This document shows, in pieces, positions 21,503 to 32,219 of a stretch of 64,000 nt of DNA (the first letter of the stretch is position 1; the number at the start of each line of letters is the position of its first letter). Origin of the DNA: an uncultured Ruficoccus sp. (lineage in GTDB: Bacteria; Verrucomicrobiota; Verrucomicrobiia; Opitutales; Cerasicoccaceae); assembly GCA_965140785.1 (NCBI GenBank), contig OZ223491.1, positions 29,796 through 93,795 on the forward strand. Direction: 5' to 3'. A program made the position numbers and the translations under genes. Under the pieces are notes generated by a model. That model had not been told where the DNA came from. It worked only from the letters and a program-made list of their open reading frames with translations, and searched no databases.

Positions 21503-22234
21503 ATGAAAAATAATAACTACGGCAAAAGGATCTGCACATGGGCTTTCCTATTCCTCCTGGGCATGCTGGTGCCCGCCTCTGCGCAAACGGATACTCTCAC
21601 CATGGACAATGACACCTATCACGTGGAGTGGCTTAAGACCGAAACGTTTGACCATGACAGTTGGAGCGACCACTGGACGGTGGAGAGCCAGGGGCCGAAA
21701 GTGTTTGCCGAGGACGGCCTGCTGAAGGTGCGCCTCGTGGATGATAACCGCAAGGAGGCGGGCGTGACGATCTGGTACAATGAAGATCTGCCTGCCGACG
21801 TCGCCATCGAGGTCAAGGCCTCCACCGATGCACAGGTCGAGAACAATGCCTGCAACCTGAACTTCTTCGTCCATGCCAGCGAGGCCAATGGCTCACCGCT
21901 GGCCTATGGCAGATCGGGCGGCTATACGGACTACCATCAGATCCCGAACTATTTGTTTACCCTCACCGGTGGCATTACGCCAGGCTGGGCGCGCGCCCGT
22001 CTGGACCCGGGGTTCCAGTTGATCAGCGAGCGGGCGGATATTCGCTCCTCCCCGGGGCAAACCTATGTGTTTCTCATCATCATTCAGGCGAACCGTATTC
22101 AGTATTATCTGAATGGGGAAAAGTTGCACGATTACACCGTCGAATCCCCCCTGCCCGGAGGACGCTTCGGCCTGAGAACCTGGTTTTCTCAGGTCAATTA
22201 CGAGCAGGTGCGTATCGGGCGAGTCTTACCGTAG
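21503..22234 (+). CDS. Secreted lectin/LamG-like beta-sandwich protein (DUF6250-like)
   Basis: Signal peptide ASA-Q; GVTIWY...NLNFFVHA...GGRFGLRTW. Confidence 0.55.
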   Translation: MKNNNYGKRICTWAFLFLLGMLVPASAQTDTLTMDNDTYHVEWLKTETFDHDSWSDHWTVESQGPKVFAEDGLLKVRLVDDNRKEAGVTIWYNEDLPADVAIEVKASTDAQVENNACNLNFFVHASEANGSPLAYGRSGGYTDYHQIPNYLFTLTGGITPGWARARLDPGFQLISERADIRSSPGQTYVFLIIIQANRIQYYLNGEKLHDYTVESPLPGGRFGLRTWFSQVNYEQVRIGRVLP

Positions 22235-22583
22235 GCCTTGCTTTTACGAAACTGTCGCTTCTCTACAGCTGACCAGCCTATGCAAACTGTACCGCGTTGA
22301 GAGTTCGCCGGAGGCGGGGGGGGGTAATGATATGATTAATGGTTAGATTCTAGCCCGAGCGTAGCCCATGCCTTGGAGTTTGGTTTCGTCGTATTCGGGA
22401 GCGGTTTCTTGTGCGGCAAACTCGAGTGGCGTGAGCAGTCCGAGGAAACATTGGGACCGGTGGGCGAAAAGTGCTTAACAGGCGGGTGTCTCCAGTGGTG
22501 GGGAGAGTTTGGTCGGCATTCACCTAGAAGCGGGCCAACGAATACCCACAGAATGAGCATCATCTAGGCAAAGGTATCTCACG

Positions 22584-24197
22584 TCATTTACGAATCATAC
22601 GAATGACATTAAAGCTTAACCCAGGGAGAGTGATATCGTTCGTATGCTCGACGGTTTTATCTATATTTGAATATGAATCCGTCTTTATCGAAAGGGGTGT
22701 TTTATCGACAGTATTACTCAGGTCAACGTCTGACCCGCCCAAGGTTTTTACATCACAAATTTCATACTCAAACCCAGACTCAAAGGAGAAACCGACGGGG
22801 GAAGCGTCTCGATTAACGACCACAATCTGGAGATCATGGTCGCCCTTAACAGCAGCTACGCCCAAATGATCGCGGATTCTCTCTTGAGAAATATCATGGC
22901 CATCCACAACCAGTCGCACAGGCAGAACATCGGAACCATCTATCTCACTAAACAGCTTAAACATCGCTGCGATACCGGTCGTGTAAAGTTCACCGGAATC
23001 ATCATCCCGATAGATCAACCCCCAAGGGCCGCTGTGAAAAGAGTGATAGGCCGCCGCAACCGTATCCGCGCGGTTGATACACAAAGTAAGGAACAACGCT
23101 GTATTCAACGTACCACCAAGGCTGTGTGTCATAAACCAGTTATTGCGCCAATTACCATCAGGCGGCATCGGTGGCCAAACCGCCTGCTCCGAATGGTAAA
23201 GCTTTATTCGATCATCACCGGTGATTGCCTTAATATCGGCGGACATGACATCCATGTATCCTTCCACCTGACTGAGCGGGATGCCATTATAATAGGGGTG
23301 AAACACGAGCAAATCAACATCATCGCCAAGAAACTCCAGCACCTCTCTGTGCCAGTTTTCCCAAGGCTGCTGCCCCGGGCGCAACGGTGCCCACGGAGAG
23401 CTTTTGGAATGAACGGCAATCACCGCATCGGGGTCCACGCTACGTATGGCATCAATCGCAGGTCCAGCGGCATCCATGTATTCGTCAACACTCCAACGCC
23501 TATCCTCATTACCAATATCCATTTCGTTTCCGATTTCCCATATCGAAACATTCACCGGCTCGGTAATGCCAAGTTCCACTCGGCGTGCTGCCCAATCGAC
23601 GCTCTGTCCACCATCTGCTTTTTCACGCGGAGTCCCACACAAGAATTCGGCAAGATCACGAATATCCTCGGGCGATTCATTTAGGTTCACCACCCAGGAG
23701 AACGTCGCATCCGGATCAATCTCCTGCACCCAGCGGATCCACTCCACAGGACCAAAGAGAACCGGCGTTCCCTTCGACCAATCCCAGAGTTTTTGCGGCG
23801 GCCTCGCGCCGGGATCACCAATGGCACCTTTCCAGCGAAAGCGTTTCGAGTCCGAACCGGCCACCCGGTTGAGAGGGAAATTAATACCAGCCAACTTGCG
23901 AGCGACTTCTGGGTCGGGCTCAGTTGAGCCGTCGGGCAACATGAGCGCCTGGGTCAAATCCCAATCATAGTTGAATCCGAAGAGATCCTTGGAAAACACC
24001 TTAATTGGATTATCCTCATCAACAACAATCGTGATCGTCGTTTTCTCCGGAAAGTCAAATTTCCGATCATCCACCGGCAGAACGACGCCATCATACTCGC
24101 TCCCTGCCCCACCGGAGTCACTCTGAGAAGGAGCTGCCCTCAGCGTACTGATCGCACAGAACAATACCCAGGCTATGCTTTTATAATAAAAGTCCAT
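22584..24197 (-). CDS. Secreted clan GH-A glycoside hydrolase (GH51/GH79-like)
   Basis: Signal peptide; FRWKGAIGD...RP, WEIGNEMD acid/base motif, FHPYY and C-terminal LPGLSFNVI beta-sandwich. Confidence 0.7.
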   Translation of the reverse strand: MDFYYKSIAWVLFCAISTLRAAPSQSDSGGAGSEYDGVVLPVDDRKFDFPEKTTITIVVDEDNPIKVFSKDLFGFNYDWDLTQALMLPDGSTEPDPEVARKLAGINFPLNRVAGSDSKRFRWKGAIGDPGARPPQKLWDWSKGTPVLFGPVEWIRWVQEIDPDATFSWVVNLNESPEDIRDLAEFLCGTPREKADGGQSVDWAARRVELGITEPVNVSIWEIGNEMDIGNEDRRWSVDEYMDAAGPAIDAIRSVDPDAVIAVHSKSSPWAPLRPGQQPWENWHREVLEFLGDDVDLLVFHPYYNGIPLSQVEGYMDVMSADIKAITGDDRIKLYHSEQAVWPPMPPDGNWRNNWFMTHSLGGTLNTALFLTLCINRADTVAAAYHSFHSGPWGLIYRDDDSGELYTTGIAAMFKLFSEIDGSDVLPVRLVVDGHDISQERIRDHLGVAAVKGDHDLQIVVVNRDASPVGFSFESGFEYEICDVKTLGGSDVDLSNTVDKTPLSIKTDSYSNIDKTVEHTNDITLPGLSFNVIRMIRK

Positions 24198-24232
24198 ACA
24201 GACCTACTGGATCAAAAACCAATGATGAATGG

Positions 24233-25588
24233 CTAAATGCCCTCCGGATCACTCGAGCGTAGCAACGGAGACAGATTCAGTCCCAGACGGGCTCCCTGCT
24301 CTTCCAGAAGGGCTCGTACGAGATCTGGATTCAGCGCGCGCGGACGCTGCTGATGCAGGACACACAAAGCCGCCGCCACCCCTGCGGCCTGCCCGAACGC
24401 AATTGCCAGAGGCTGGATACGAATTGCCGAGTGAGCCTCATGAGTAGAAGAAATCGGTCGTCCTCCGACGAGCAGATTCTCGATGCGTCGAGGGATGAGG
24501 CAACGAAACGGAATCTCGTACCACTCGCCACACGGCAAACGATGGATAACAGTCCCCTCTCCAGTCGGGCTATGAATATCTACAGGATAAGAGCCGCGCG
24601 CGATACAGTCTGAAAATTTCCGACCGGCGAGGAGATCATCCGCTGTCAGCAGATACTCGCCCATGACACGGCGCGACTCGCGTACACCAACCTGGGGGGC
24701 GGTCACCTGCAAATATGCCTTCTCGAATCCTGAAATCTCTTTTTTAAAAAAACGGACAAGCTCCTGCACCTGACGCCGCCCCTCGATCTCTGCGTCAGTC
24801 ATATCCCAAGGATTGGTAGCGTCCTTTCTGAGAATACGCGTCGAGTTAAAGTGGAGAACATCCGGCTGCGTCGTGTGAAACCACAAAACATCTTCACGTG
24901 GGCATGTAATCTCACCACGCCCCTTGGCAGCCTTAAACATTTTCCCGACCTCCTCCCGCGGAGGTACCCTGGGGATATCAACGCCCGCAACCCGAAAGCA
25001 AAGAGTCATTGGCTGGCTCAGCGCATCGCCCGATCGCCCCGATTCGATTTCCGCGCCGGCTCCCGCCGCCAAGTCCGCATCTCCGCTCGTGTCAACGAAG
25101 ATCGTTGCGGTATAATCAGTCAGTCCAGCCTTGTTCGCGATAGTTATGCTTTTGATAATCCTCGTATCGGAGTCCGAGAGCGTGACCCCAGCCAATAAAC
25201 TATGATAAAGCAAGTGAACTCCAGCTGACTGGCACAGTGTCTCTGCTACAACCTTAAGGCTTTCCGGGTCAAATGCCGAACGCTCCTTCGGGTGGCCATA
25301 GCCATCGAGAGCCTCCATGCCCTCAATTAACTCCTGAAGCACGCCAAAGATGACTTGCACCTGATGGCCATCATCGCCGTCAGCCCAGTAAGACATCCAA
25401 GGGTTGACCATCATCGCCGTCCCAGCCCCACCTAAAAAACCATAGCGTTCAACCAGAAGCGTACGGGAACCGGCCCGGGCAGACGCAACGGCTGCAGCAA
25501 TTCCGGCAGGACCTCCACCGACCACGATCACATCGTAATGCGTCTTAGAAGTATGATTTGTTTTAGATTCTTTATGATCTGTACTCAT
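24233..25588 (-). CDS. FAD-dependent oxidoreductase (PF12831-type)
   Basis: YDVIVVGGGPAG, LLVERYGFLGG, VDTSGDAD, GVRESRR and YPVDIH. Confidence 0.88.
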   Translation of the reverse strand: MSTDHKESKTNHTSKTHYDVIVVGGGPAGIAAAVASARAGSRTLLVERYGFLGGAGTAMMVNPWMSYWADGDDGHQVQVIFGVLQELIEGMEALDGYGHPKERSAFDPESLKVVAETLCQSAGVHLLYHSLLAGVTLSDSDTRIIKSITIANKAGLTDYTATIFVDTSGDADLAAGAGAEIESGRSGDALSQPMTLCFRVAGVDIPRVPPREEVGKMFKAAKGRGEITCPREDVLWFHTTQPDVLHFNSTRILRKDATNPWDMTDAEIEGRRQVQELVRFFKKEISGFEKAYLQVTAPQVGVRESRRVMGEYLLTADDLLAGRKFSDCIARGSYPVDIHSPTGEGTVIHRLPCGEWYEIPFRCLIPRRIENLLVGGRPISSTHEAHSAIRIQPLAIAFGQAAGVAAALCVLHQQRPRALNPDLVRALLEEQGARLGLNLSPLLRSSDPEGI

Positions 25589-25627
25589 AACACTATCACA
25601 GGTGGAAGCCTCGGGATGACGCCTCTC

Positions 25628-26368
25628 TCAGCGACGCTTTCGACGCAGGCACGCGGCAAGCACAGCACCAAGGGCTGCGACACCCAATGCTAAACTGCTC
25701 ATGGACAACTCGGGAATGGCCGTTGTCAGGATAAGTTTGGGTGCAAATTCGGAGTTATTGATCCCGGCAATAGAATAACGGTGACTCTTGCCGTCATCGA
25801 TAAACACCAGGTCATTGATCTGTAAGCGAAAACTGCTGATAAGATCTTCAGGAGGGTCGAGACGATAATCATCCGCAACCCATCCGGTCACGCTGATTGA
25901 CACCCAGGAGTTGATAGGCGTGCTTGAGCTTATAGGTTCCAAACCAGTATCCACGTAGCTCGTATTCTCATAAAGCGAAACAGGAACCGTCGTACTATTC
26001 CACGGCTGCGAGTGGTAGATCGATACATCATCCAAGAGTCCACTCTCATTGACAACGTTGCTGACGTAAAGCATCAGGGTCGCAGATTGCAAGATCTCGC
26101 CCTGGGGAAGCTCTGGCAGCTCAAACTGCACGACGCCCCGGGCAAGCCGTTTAATACTGCCCACATCCATCTCTCCCACAATCATGGTGTTGCCGTAGTC
26201 ACGATCATTTCCGGTTCCGTCAAACGGGGGAACATCCCAAATATAAGCATTCTGCGTGGCCGTTATCGTCGGCAGATCCGTCGCATTGGCAGCGGCACCC
26301 GCAAAGACCAAGGTCAATGTTACGGCAACCGCCATAAGGCTCGGTATTATCGAATTTGTTTTTCTCAT
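25628..26368 (-). CDS. PEP-CTERM surface protein with DNRLRE-like domain
   Basis: Signal peptide; ARGVVQFELP...SATLMLY; APKLIL then IPELS + TM + RRKRR. Confidence 0.75.
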   Translation of the reverse strand: MRKTNSIIPSLMAVAVTLTLVFAGAAANATDLPTITATQNAYIWDVPPFDGTGNDRDYGNTMIVGEMDVGSIKRLARGVVQFELPELPQGEILQSATLMLYVSNVVNESGLLDDVSIYHSQPWNSTTVPVSLYENTSYVDTGLEPISSSTPINSWVSISVTGWVADDYRLDPPEDLISSFRLQINDLVFIDDGKSHRYSIAGINNSEFAPKLILTTAIPELSMSSLALGVAALGAVLAACLRRKRR

Positions 26369-26465
26369 GATAGGTTATATTTCTGTTTTTTTAATTTTCT
26401 ATTTATATACTTAAACAAGCTAAAACCACGCATGGAACACATAGCTATTAATAATACTTCAATAA

Positions 26466-27170
26466 CTAATACCCCCGCCAAAAAACTTGGGCAGATCCGC
26501 CAGCCGGAACATCCGCTTCACCCATCAGTTCAACATGACCATCATAGTAAGCTACGTTCAATGACCCGGAGTGAGGAACGAGCCCATACTCGCGGCGATA
26601 AGTATAATAGGTGGCGACCGGGAATCTGGATTCGAGTATCATGGCCGTCTCACCCGGGCTCTGTAAGTGTGCCAGCTTCACCGGGGTGCGTATCGACAAG
26701 CCCAGATTGCCCTCCCCGTTAGGGTCGCAATTCAAGCCATATGAATAAAAGCTGCTAAATGACGACGAGACTCCTGGAAACGTGATCGGATCGCTCTGGG
26801 TCGCAGGGCATTGAAAAATATTGTGATCATCATCATCCACCGTGCTGGATAGATCATTACCCGGCTCTCTAAATGTATCATTTTGATAGCCCACATAGCT
26901 CCAAATCGCATACCCCCATGTGTCTTTTTGACTAGTCGGTGGCCAACTCCTCGACACAGGAGGGAAGTCCCCACCGTTATCACCCGCATAGATCAACAAA
27001 CCCGATGCCAATTGGCGCATATTGCTGGCGCAAGAGGTCATATTCACGCGATTCCTCATACTCCCCCATAGTGGAATGAGCAGCGACGCAAGCACTCCGA
27101 TGATAGCGACGGCCACGAGGAGTTCAGTGATGGAAAAGCCACCTTTATGATTCTGACGTCGTGTTATCAT
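26466..27170 (-). CDS. Prepilin-type N-terminal cleavage/methylation protein with H-X9-DG motif
   Basis: GFSITELLVAVAIIGVL...CASNMRQL; PHSGSLNVAYYDGHV. Confidence 0.85.
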   Translation of the reverse strand: MITRRQNHKGGFSITELLVAVAIIGVLASLLIPLWGSMRNRVNMTSCASNMRQLASGLLIYAGDNGGDFPPVSRSWPPTSQKDTWGYAIWSYVGYQNDTFREPGNDLSSTVDDDDHNIFQCPATQSDPITFPGVSSSFSSFYSYGLNCDPNGEGNLGLSIRTPVKLAHLQSPGETAMILESRFPVATYYTYRREYGLVPHSGSLNVAYYDGHVELMGEADVPAGGSAQVFWRGY

Positions 27171-27202
27171 CGCAGGAGAAGGAAGTCTCAATGAATGTCC
27201 GA

Positions 27203-28444
27203 TCAGACGAGCTCGCAATCGGCTGTGGGTACATCAGTCTTTGCTGTTCGTTCAGGAAACAACGGTCCAAATTCGCTTTCGAGGGAGTTCCATTCGCTTC
27301 TTAAATCCACGACTTTCCCCTCCTCCATCGCACGATCAATCGCGTTGGCGAGCACAAGAGAGCGAATGCCTTCTGCAAAACCGGCCTTGGGAGCACAGCG
27401 ACCGCAGAGCACTTCCAGTAATTCTTTTGCCATAAGCTCATCGCCTCCGGCATGAGAACTGCCCTCAGTAACCGTATAAATGATACTGGGCTCGCTCCAG
27501 CCGACCTGGCGCAGCTCCAGACACCCGGTCATCGCATCAAAGCGCAAGGTTCCTTCCGTCCCAATCAGGTAAAATCTGCGCTCAGGAAGCCCGGCATTGC
27601 AGTTCGTATGGAACGTGGCACGCACATCATCCGCAAACTCCAATACCGCTACCTGATTATCGACGATGTCCTTGTCATCGTTAAAGGGATCAATCCCGGT
27701 CGGGTCATCCCAAGCCCGATAGGCAGGCCGCCCATTTTCCGGGGAATTGCCAATCTTCTGGGCGATAACAGAGTTCTCCGGCTTGAAGAACGAGCAGTTC
27801 CCAAAACTCGCAACCCGTATGGGTTGTCCATTCGTGAGCCAGAGCGCCAGGTCCAGGTCATGGCAGCATTTTTCCAGTAAATGCGTCCCGGCATTCTCAC
27901 GCTTGCGCCGCCAGTTTCCATGGATATAACCCCCATGGTTAAAACTGAGCGTCTCGTTAAATTCAAACGAGACAAGATCGCCGATCGCATTATCCTCAAG
28001 CAGTTGCTTGGCTTTTCTATAAAGCGGTGAATACCGCAAAACAAGCCCCAGGGCGAATATACGCTTACTCGCCTTCCATGCCCTGTCCATCGCCCTGGCT
28101 TCATTCACGGACAAAGCCAGTGGCTTCTCACAGAAAACATGCTTACCTGCGGCAAATGCCTTGCAGACCTGATCGGCGTGAAAGCTGTTCCATGAGCCGA
28201 TGAATACCCAATCAACATCAGAACGTGTACACAGACTTTCCGGTGTATCGCAAACAACGGCATCGGGAGCCAAGCTTGCACGCAATGCTGCGACAGACTG
28301 CGCATCAGGATCATAAACCGCGGTAATATTCAGGGATGCGCCTGGCACCAAAGTCAGCTTTTCAAGCACATTTCGCAGTCGGGAACCTGCACCGATTACT
28401 CCGATACGAACAAATCGCGCATTCGCTTCTGCGTCATTCAACAT
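27203..28444 (-). CDS. Gfo/Idh/MocA-family oxidoreductase
   Basis: RIGVIGAG, HVFCEKPLA, EKCCHDLD and HAGGD. Confidence 0.88.
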   Translation of the reverse strand: MLNDAEANARFVRIGVIGAGSRLRNVLEKLTLVPGASLNITAVYDPDAQSVAALRASLAPDAVVCDTPESLCTRSDVDWVFIGSWNSFHADQVCKAFAAGKHVFCEKPLALSVNEARAMDRAWKASKRIFALGLVLRYSPLYRKAKQLLEDNAIGDLVSFEFNETLSFNHGGYIHGNWRRKRENAGTHLLEKCCHDLDLALWLTNGQPIRVASFGNCSFFKPENSVIAQKIGNSPENGRPAYRAWDDPTGIDPFNDDKDIVDNQVAVLEFADDVRATFHTNCNAGLPERRFYLIGTEGTLRFDAMTGCLELRQVGWSEPSIIYTVTEGSSHAGGDELMAKELLEVLCGRCAPKAGFAEGIRSLVLANAIDRAMEEGKVVDLRSEWNSLESEFGPLFPERTAKTDVPTADCELV

Positions 28445-28512
28445 GCCCGCAATGATAGCAATAAATGTATTTTCTTGCCATGTCCAGCCCGATGAATCAT
28501 TTGGCATTTCCG

Positions 28513-29454
28513 ATGAAAAAACATAATCTATTTTGTAAGAACCTGATCAGCAAAATCAACAGCATCTCCCCGTTTCTAGACAATTATTATAGTGGCGTCC
28601 GGCGCTGGGGAGGGCAACTGCCTGACAATATTTTAATATTCTCACGTCTGCGTCGTAAAAAACTAAGCGCAGAACACTTATCCACTTATTTTCATCACCG
28701 CTGGGTTTTGCTAATAGCCATGGAAGGAAGCACAAAAGTACGCGTGAATAGTCGGGTAAAAAAAATACTTCCAGGGACAGCATTACTGATCCCACCCTTA
28801 CATTTCCATCATTACTACGAAATTAATGACGGTGACATATGCTGGCTATACATTACGTTTGACTGGCCAGGACAACACTCGTTACCAGACAGTGAGCAAG
28901 GCCCCAATGCCCTGTCCCAGGAAGCATTGGAGCATACGTTGAAATTCATAGACCTATGGCATGATGGGCGCTTAGCAATGACAACACTGCTGTGCGCGGA
29001 ACTGCTCACTCTGCTTTTCCTGAGCTTCCCCGATATTATAAAACATGGGCCTTCTACAACCGAAACCAGTGGAGAGAGCCAGTTGGTCGCCACCATAAGG
29101 CAAATAGTATCCGAAGAACCCGACCACCCCTTCTCTATCGATGAATTAGCGGTTAAAGTTGGCATGAGTGCCAGCCATTTACGTGCTGAATTTCGGGCGG
29201 ATACAGGAATTAGCTTAGGGCGTTATTTGCGTGAATGGCGCTTAAGGGAAGCCGCATTATTGCTTACTTCGGAAAATCTGTCGGTAAAAGAAACAGCAGA
29301 ACGGCTAGGATACCGCGATATATACGCGTTTAGTCGGGCCTTTAGCCGAGCCATGGGCATCTCACCATCGAGCTTACACCAGCCGCAACGGGCCTCCAGT
29401 AATCGATACGACAAGACAGGCAGCAGGCATAAACATGAGGCCCCGTCGGATTAG
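28513..29454 (+). CDS. AraC-family transcriptional regulator (same subfamily as 2013-2852)
   Basis: HHRWVLL cupin; LAVKVGMSASHLR...LGYRDIYAFSRAF. Start estimated. Confidence 0.87.
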   Translation: MKKHNLFCKNLISKINSISPFLDNYYSGVRRWGGQLPDNILIFSRLRRKKLSAEHLSTYFHHRWVLLIAMEGSTKVRVNSRVKKILPGTALLIPPLHFHHYYEINDGDICWLYITFDWPGQHSLPDSEQGPNALSQEALEHTLKFIDLWHDGRLAMTTLLCAELLTLLFLSFPDIIKHGPSTTETSGESQLVATIRQIVSEEPDHPFSIDELAVKVGMSASHLRAEFRADTGISLGRYLREWRLREAALLLTSENLSVKETAERLGYRDIYAFSRAFSRAMGISPSSLHQPQRASSNRYDKTGSRHKHEAPSD

Positions 29455-29877
29455 TCTATAATGAACGAACCGTTGGCTAACTACGCAGGCGTTCGTCCGC
29501 TCGCAGCGACGTCAGGCTCCGGATGCGAGTGACGCGGGCGCAGGAGAGGGAATTGGATTCAGATACGCTTTTTCGCGGGTAGTTGTTATACCTGCCTAAA
29601 TCCAGACACGAGGAGGAATAGAGTTATTCTGATAACAGTAAATTGCTGCTCGTCGTGTAGAACTAAAGCTTTGACGAGTCCGTATTCAATGCGGGTCCAC
29701 GGCTAACCTCGCCCGAGTTGTTGAACTGATTGGTGAAGCTCGTCCCGGCCCCGCTGCCGACGAGATTATCCTTCCCGTCAAACACCTGCCCGATCAGGGT
29801 CCCCCCATTCCCATCGCTGTCCGTAGCCTCGCCGGTCAGGCGTCAGGCATTGCGCCCGAAAGCGCAGTGGACGATCC

Positions 29878-29916
29878 AAGAAAAAGCGCGAGCCACCCGT
29901 CGGGTGGCTCGCGCTT
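29878..29916 (-). terminator. Rho-independent terminator
   Basis: GCGCGAGCCACCC / GGGTGGCTCGCGC stem followed by a T-run on the minus strand, just after the stop at 29921. Confidence 0.75.
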
Positions 29917-29920
29917 CCCT

Positions 29921-30082
29921 TCAGCATACCGGGGCCAATGGCATACAGTCGATGAAGTTGTCCTCGAAGCTCGCGATCTGGTTGAGCTCGACCACGCGGC
30001 ACTCTTGGAGCAGCGGAACAAGAGTCTCGTTCGCGGCCTGCAGCAGCATCACAGAGGCACCGCCGAGTGAGGCGTTGCCAAT
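29921..30082 (-). CDS. 3' fragment of a bacterial ASKHA/RACo-like (DUF4445) gene, truncated at the junction
   Basis: IGNASLGGA...VELNQIASFEDNFIDCM resembles the RACo C-terminus; the 5' part is absent. Confidence 0.6.
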   Translation of the reverse strand: MGNASLGGASVMLLQAANETLVPLLQECRVVELNQIASFEDNFIDCMPLAPVC

Positions 30083-30090
30083 ATAATTTG
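30078..30090. other. Bacterial/eukaryotic sequence junction
   Basis: Abrupt switch from GC-rich to AT-rich DNA; the genes on both sides are truncated here. Confidence 0.92.
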
Positions 30091-32219
30091 AACTATCAAA
30101 CCTCAAATTAGCAGGATAATGCCTTGACATGAATTGTTCATTATGCCTTACAAGTTCGTGTCTATATTTTGGATAAAGTTTATTGAATTTTGTTTCACTA
30201 ATACTAGAAATATTTCAAATTGTACGTGTTAGATAATCTTCAAAATTAAATTTTATTCCAAAGAGGGAAATTATTGTTTATAATGAGTTGCTTTGCTCTA
30301 AGGTTAAGTCAATTTTAAAAAGATAAATTTACTTGATTTTTTTTTTGTAGATAAAATTTTTTAAGGAATTTAATCATTAGCAAGTTTGTTTGAGTTTTAG
30401 TTAGCCAAAAAGGTAGTAGGCTAATTGTTTTAAAATGTAAATACAGAGCAGTGCATTCCGAATAATTTTAAAGCTGAATTATTTTCTCCAAATTTTTTCT
30501 CTTCCTCCATGCTTTAATAATTTTCATCATTTTTTTCATTTTCTTCAGAGTTTACTAAATTAAAATAAATTATCATTAAATTTAATATCATATTTTAACT
30601 TTCAAATTCATCAATATCTTTATCAATAGAAGATCAATTATCACCATTCTCATCCTCCACTATCTCCCGACCAGAAAATAATAATTCAGCTGCTGCATTC
30701 ACACTTCCTGAGCCTTTAAGAATAATTTTATACTTCAGCTATTCTGGACCTGGAAACCCTTTTTTATTTTTATAATCCTTTGGCAATTAATATATCTTCT
30801 CTTTAAATATTTCTTTACAAATCTCAGCCATTCTTTATTACTATGGTATTGAGCAATGTATTTCAAGTGAAAGAATTATGGGATAAGGATTTTGCTTAAA
30901 CCCTTCATCATTAATTGTTTGGATTACATCTTGGAATAATATTTTTGAAGTCATTGTATGTCCGTGATAGATTATTGGTTCACCGTCAGGTCCGTCCCAA
31001 CAATCCAATTCCACACAACGACAGCCTTTATGGAAAGCCTAATTTATTAGTATTATAATTTTAATTATTTGTTAATTTTAACAAGAGTATATGCTTTTAA
31101 TGAGGATTCGCCAATAAGTTAATCACCGAGTAAGTATGTATTATGAGAACTGTTGATATAATAGTGTGATAATGGTCGATTCATTTTCTTTAATAATATT
31201 ATTAATTACTAAACAATATTAAACTTAATAAATTATTTTTTTTTGTGGGTCAAAAATGCTAGACTAAGTGTCATCAAAAATCCAACTACAGAACATATGA
31301 AAAGTGATATTATTATGATTTTATCGAGATTTCTCTTAATATTCATCGATTCACTTTACAATAGCTTCAAGAGTTACTTCTTAATCTTTTTACTCTGTTT
31401 ACAGAAATATAAGAAATTCCTCAGGAGTCATGAATGGAGCTTCAGCTTTCTTTTCTAAATCTTCATTTTCTGCACTTTTGCAGTATTATTAATAAAGAGG
31501 GGCTAATTCCTTTTTGAATAACAATGATGAAAGAATCTATTAAAATTCATCAAATTCTATGCTATTATTGTTATTTTAATCGAATTCCTTGAAGAGCTTA
31601 CTGACGTATTTTTTGTTTGCTTTTATGTGCATTGATCGAAGCAAACTTAAAGTTTCTTTGAAATCTAGGGAATTTGAATGATCTTTATCTGCTATTGTGA
31701 ATAATTTTTTCATTAAATAATTATTAACAAGCATTTGCCCTCTTACAAATAGAATTAATTTAACAAAAAATACTTGCTTTCTATAGACCCTGTAATAAAA
31801 TGCTAAATTCCTTATCAATATAAATCTCTTGCTTCTTGGTTTTCAAAGTAAAATGTTACTTCTTTATTTGAATTTAGTTTAATATTTAAGGTTTAGTCTT
31901 AAGAAAATTCCTTTTTCATTTTATACATAGGGTGATCATTTAATTCTTTTATTTGGTCTAAGGTAATTCTTGAAACTCCAAATGGCTTGCACTAAGAAAA
32001 TCATTATAAGATCATTATATTTTATGATAAAAGGAAAAGTTAAATTGCATGTTTCTTCTAAAAAAAGTATTTTTTGGATTTTAAAAAAACTTTTCCAGCC
32101 TTACAAAATTTTTCAATTTTTTAATGGTTTTTATTTCCATATTTGATCAAATTTATAGCTGATTCAAGATAGCAACTAGGAAACCCTTTCATTCCTAATA
32201 AATCAGATTTTTATTACAT
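30083..32219 (-). CDS. Phosphoinositide-specific phospholipase C (PH-EF-X-Y), intron-containing, 3'-truncated at the junction
   Basis: With TAR=Q and TGA=W: PH domain (DLYWQGIQ), EF hands, [50 protein letters not shown] and [15 protein letters not shown]. Confidence 0.92.

Noticed and set aside
22336..22567. Short ORFs or transposase remnant at the island edge
   Set aside because: No convincing motif, terminal repeats or target duplication.
29921..30130. Genuine 69-aa gene or evolved PLC-RACo fusion
   Set aside because: It is made of two truncated genes from different domains of life meeting at the compositional break.
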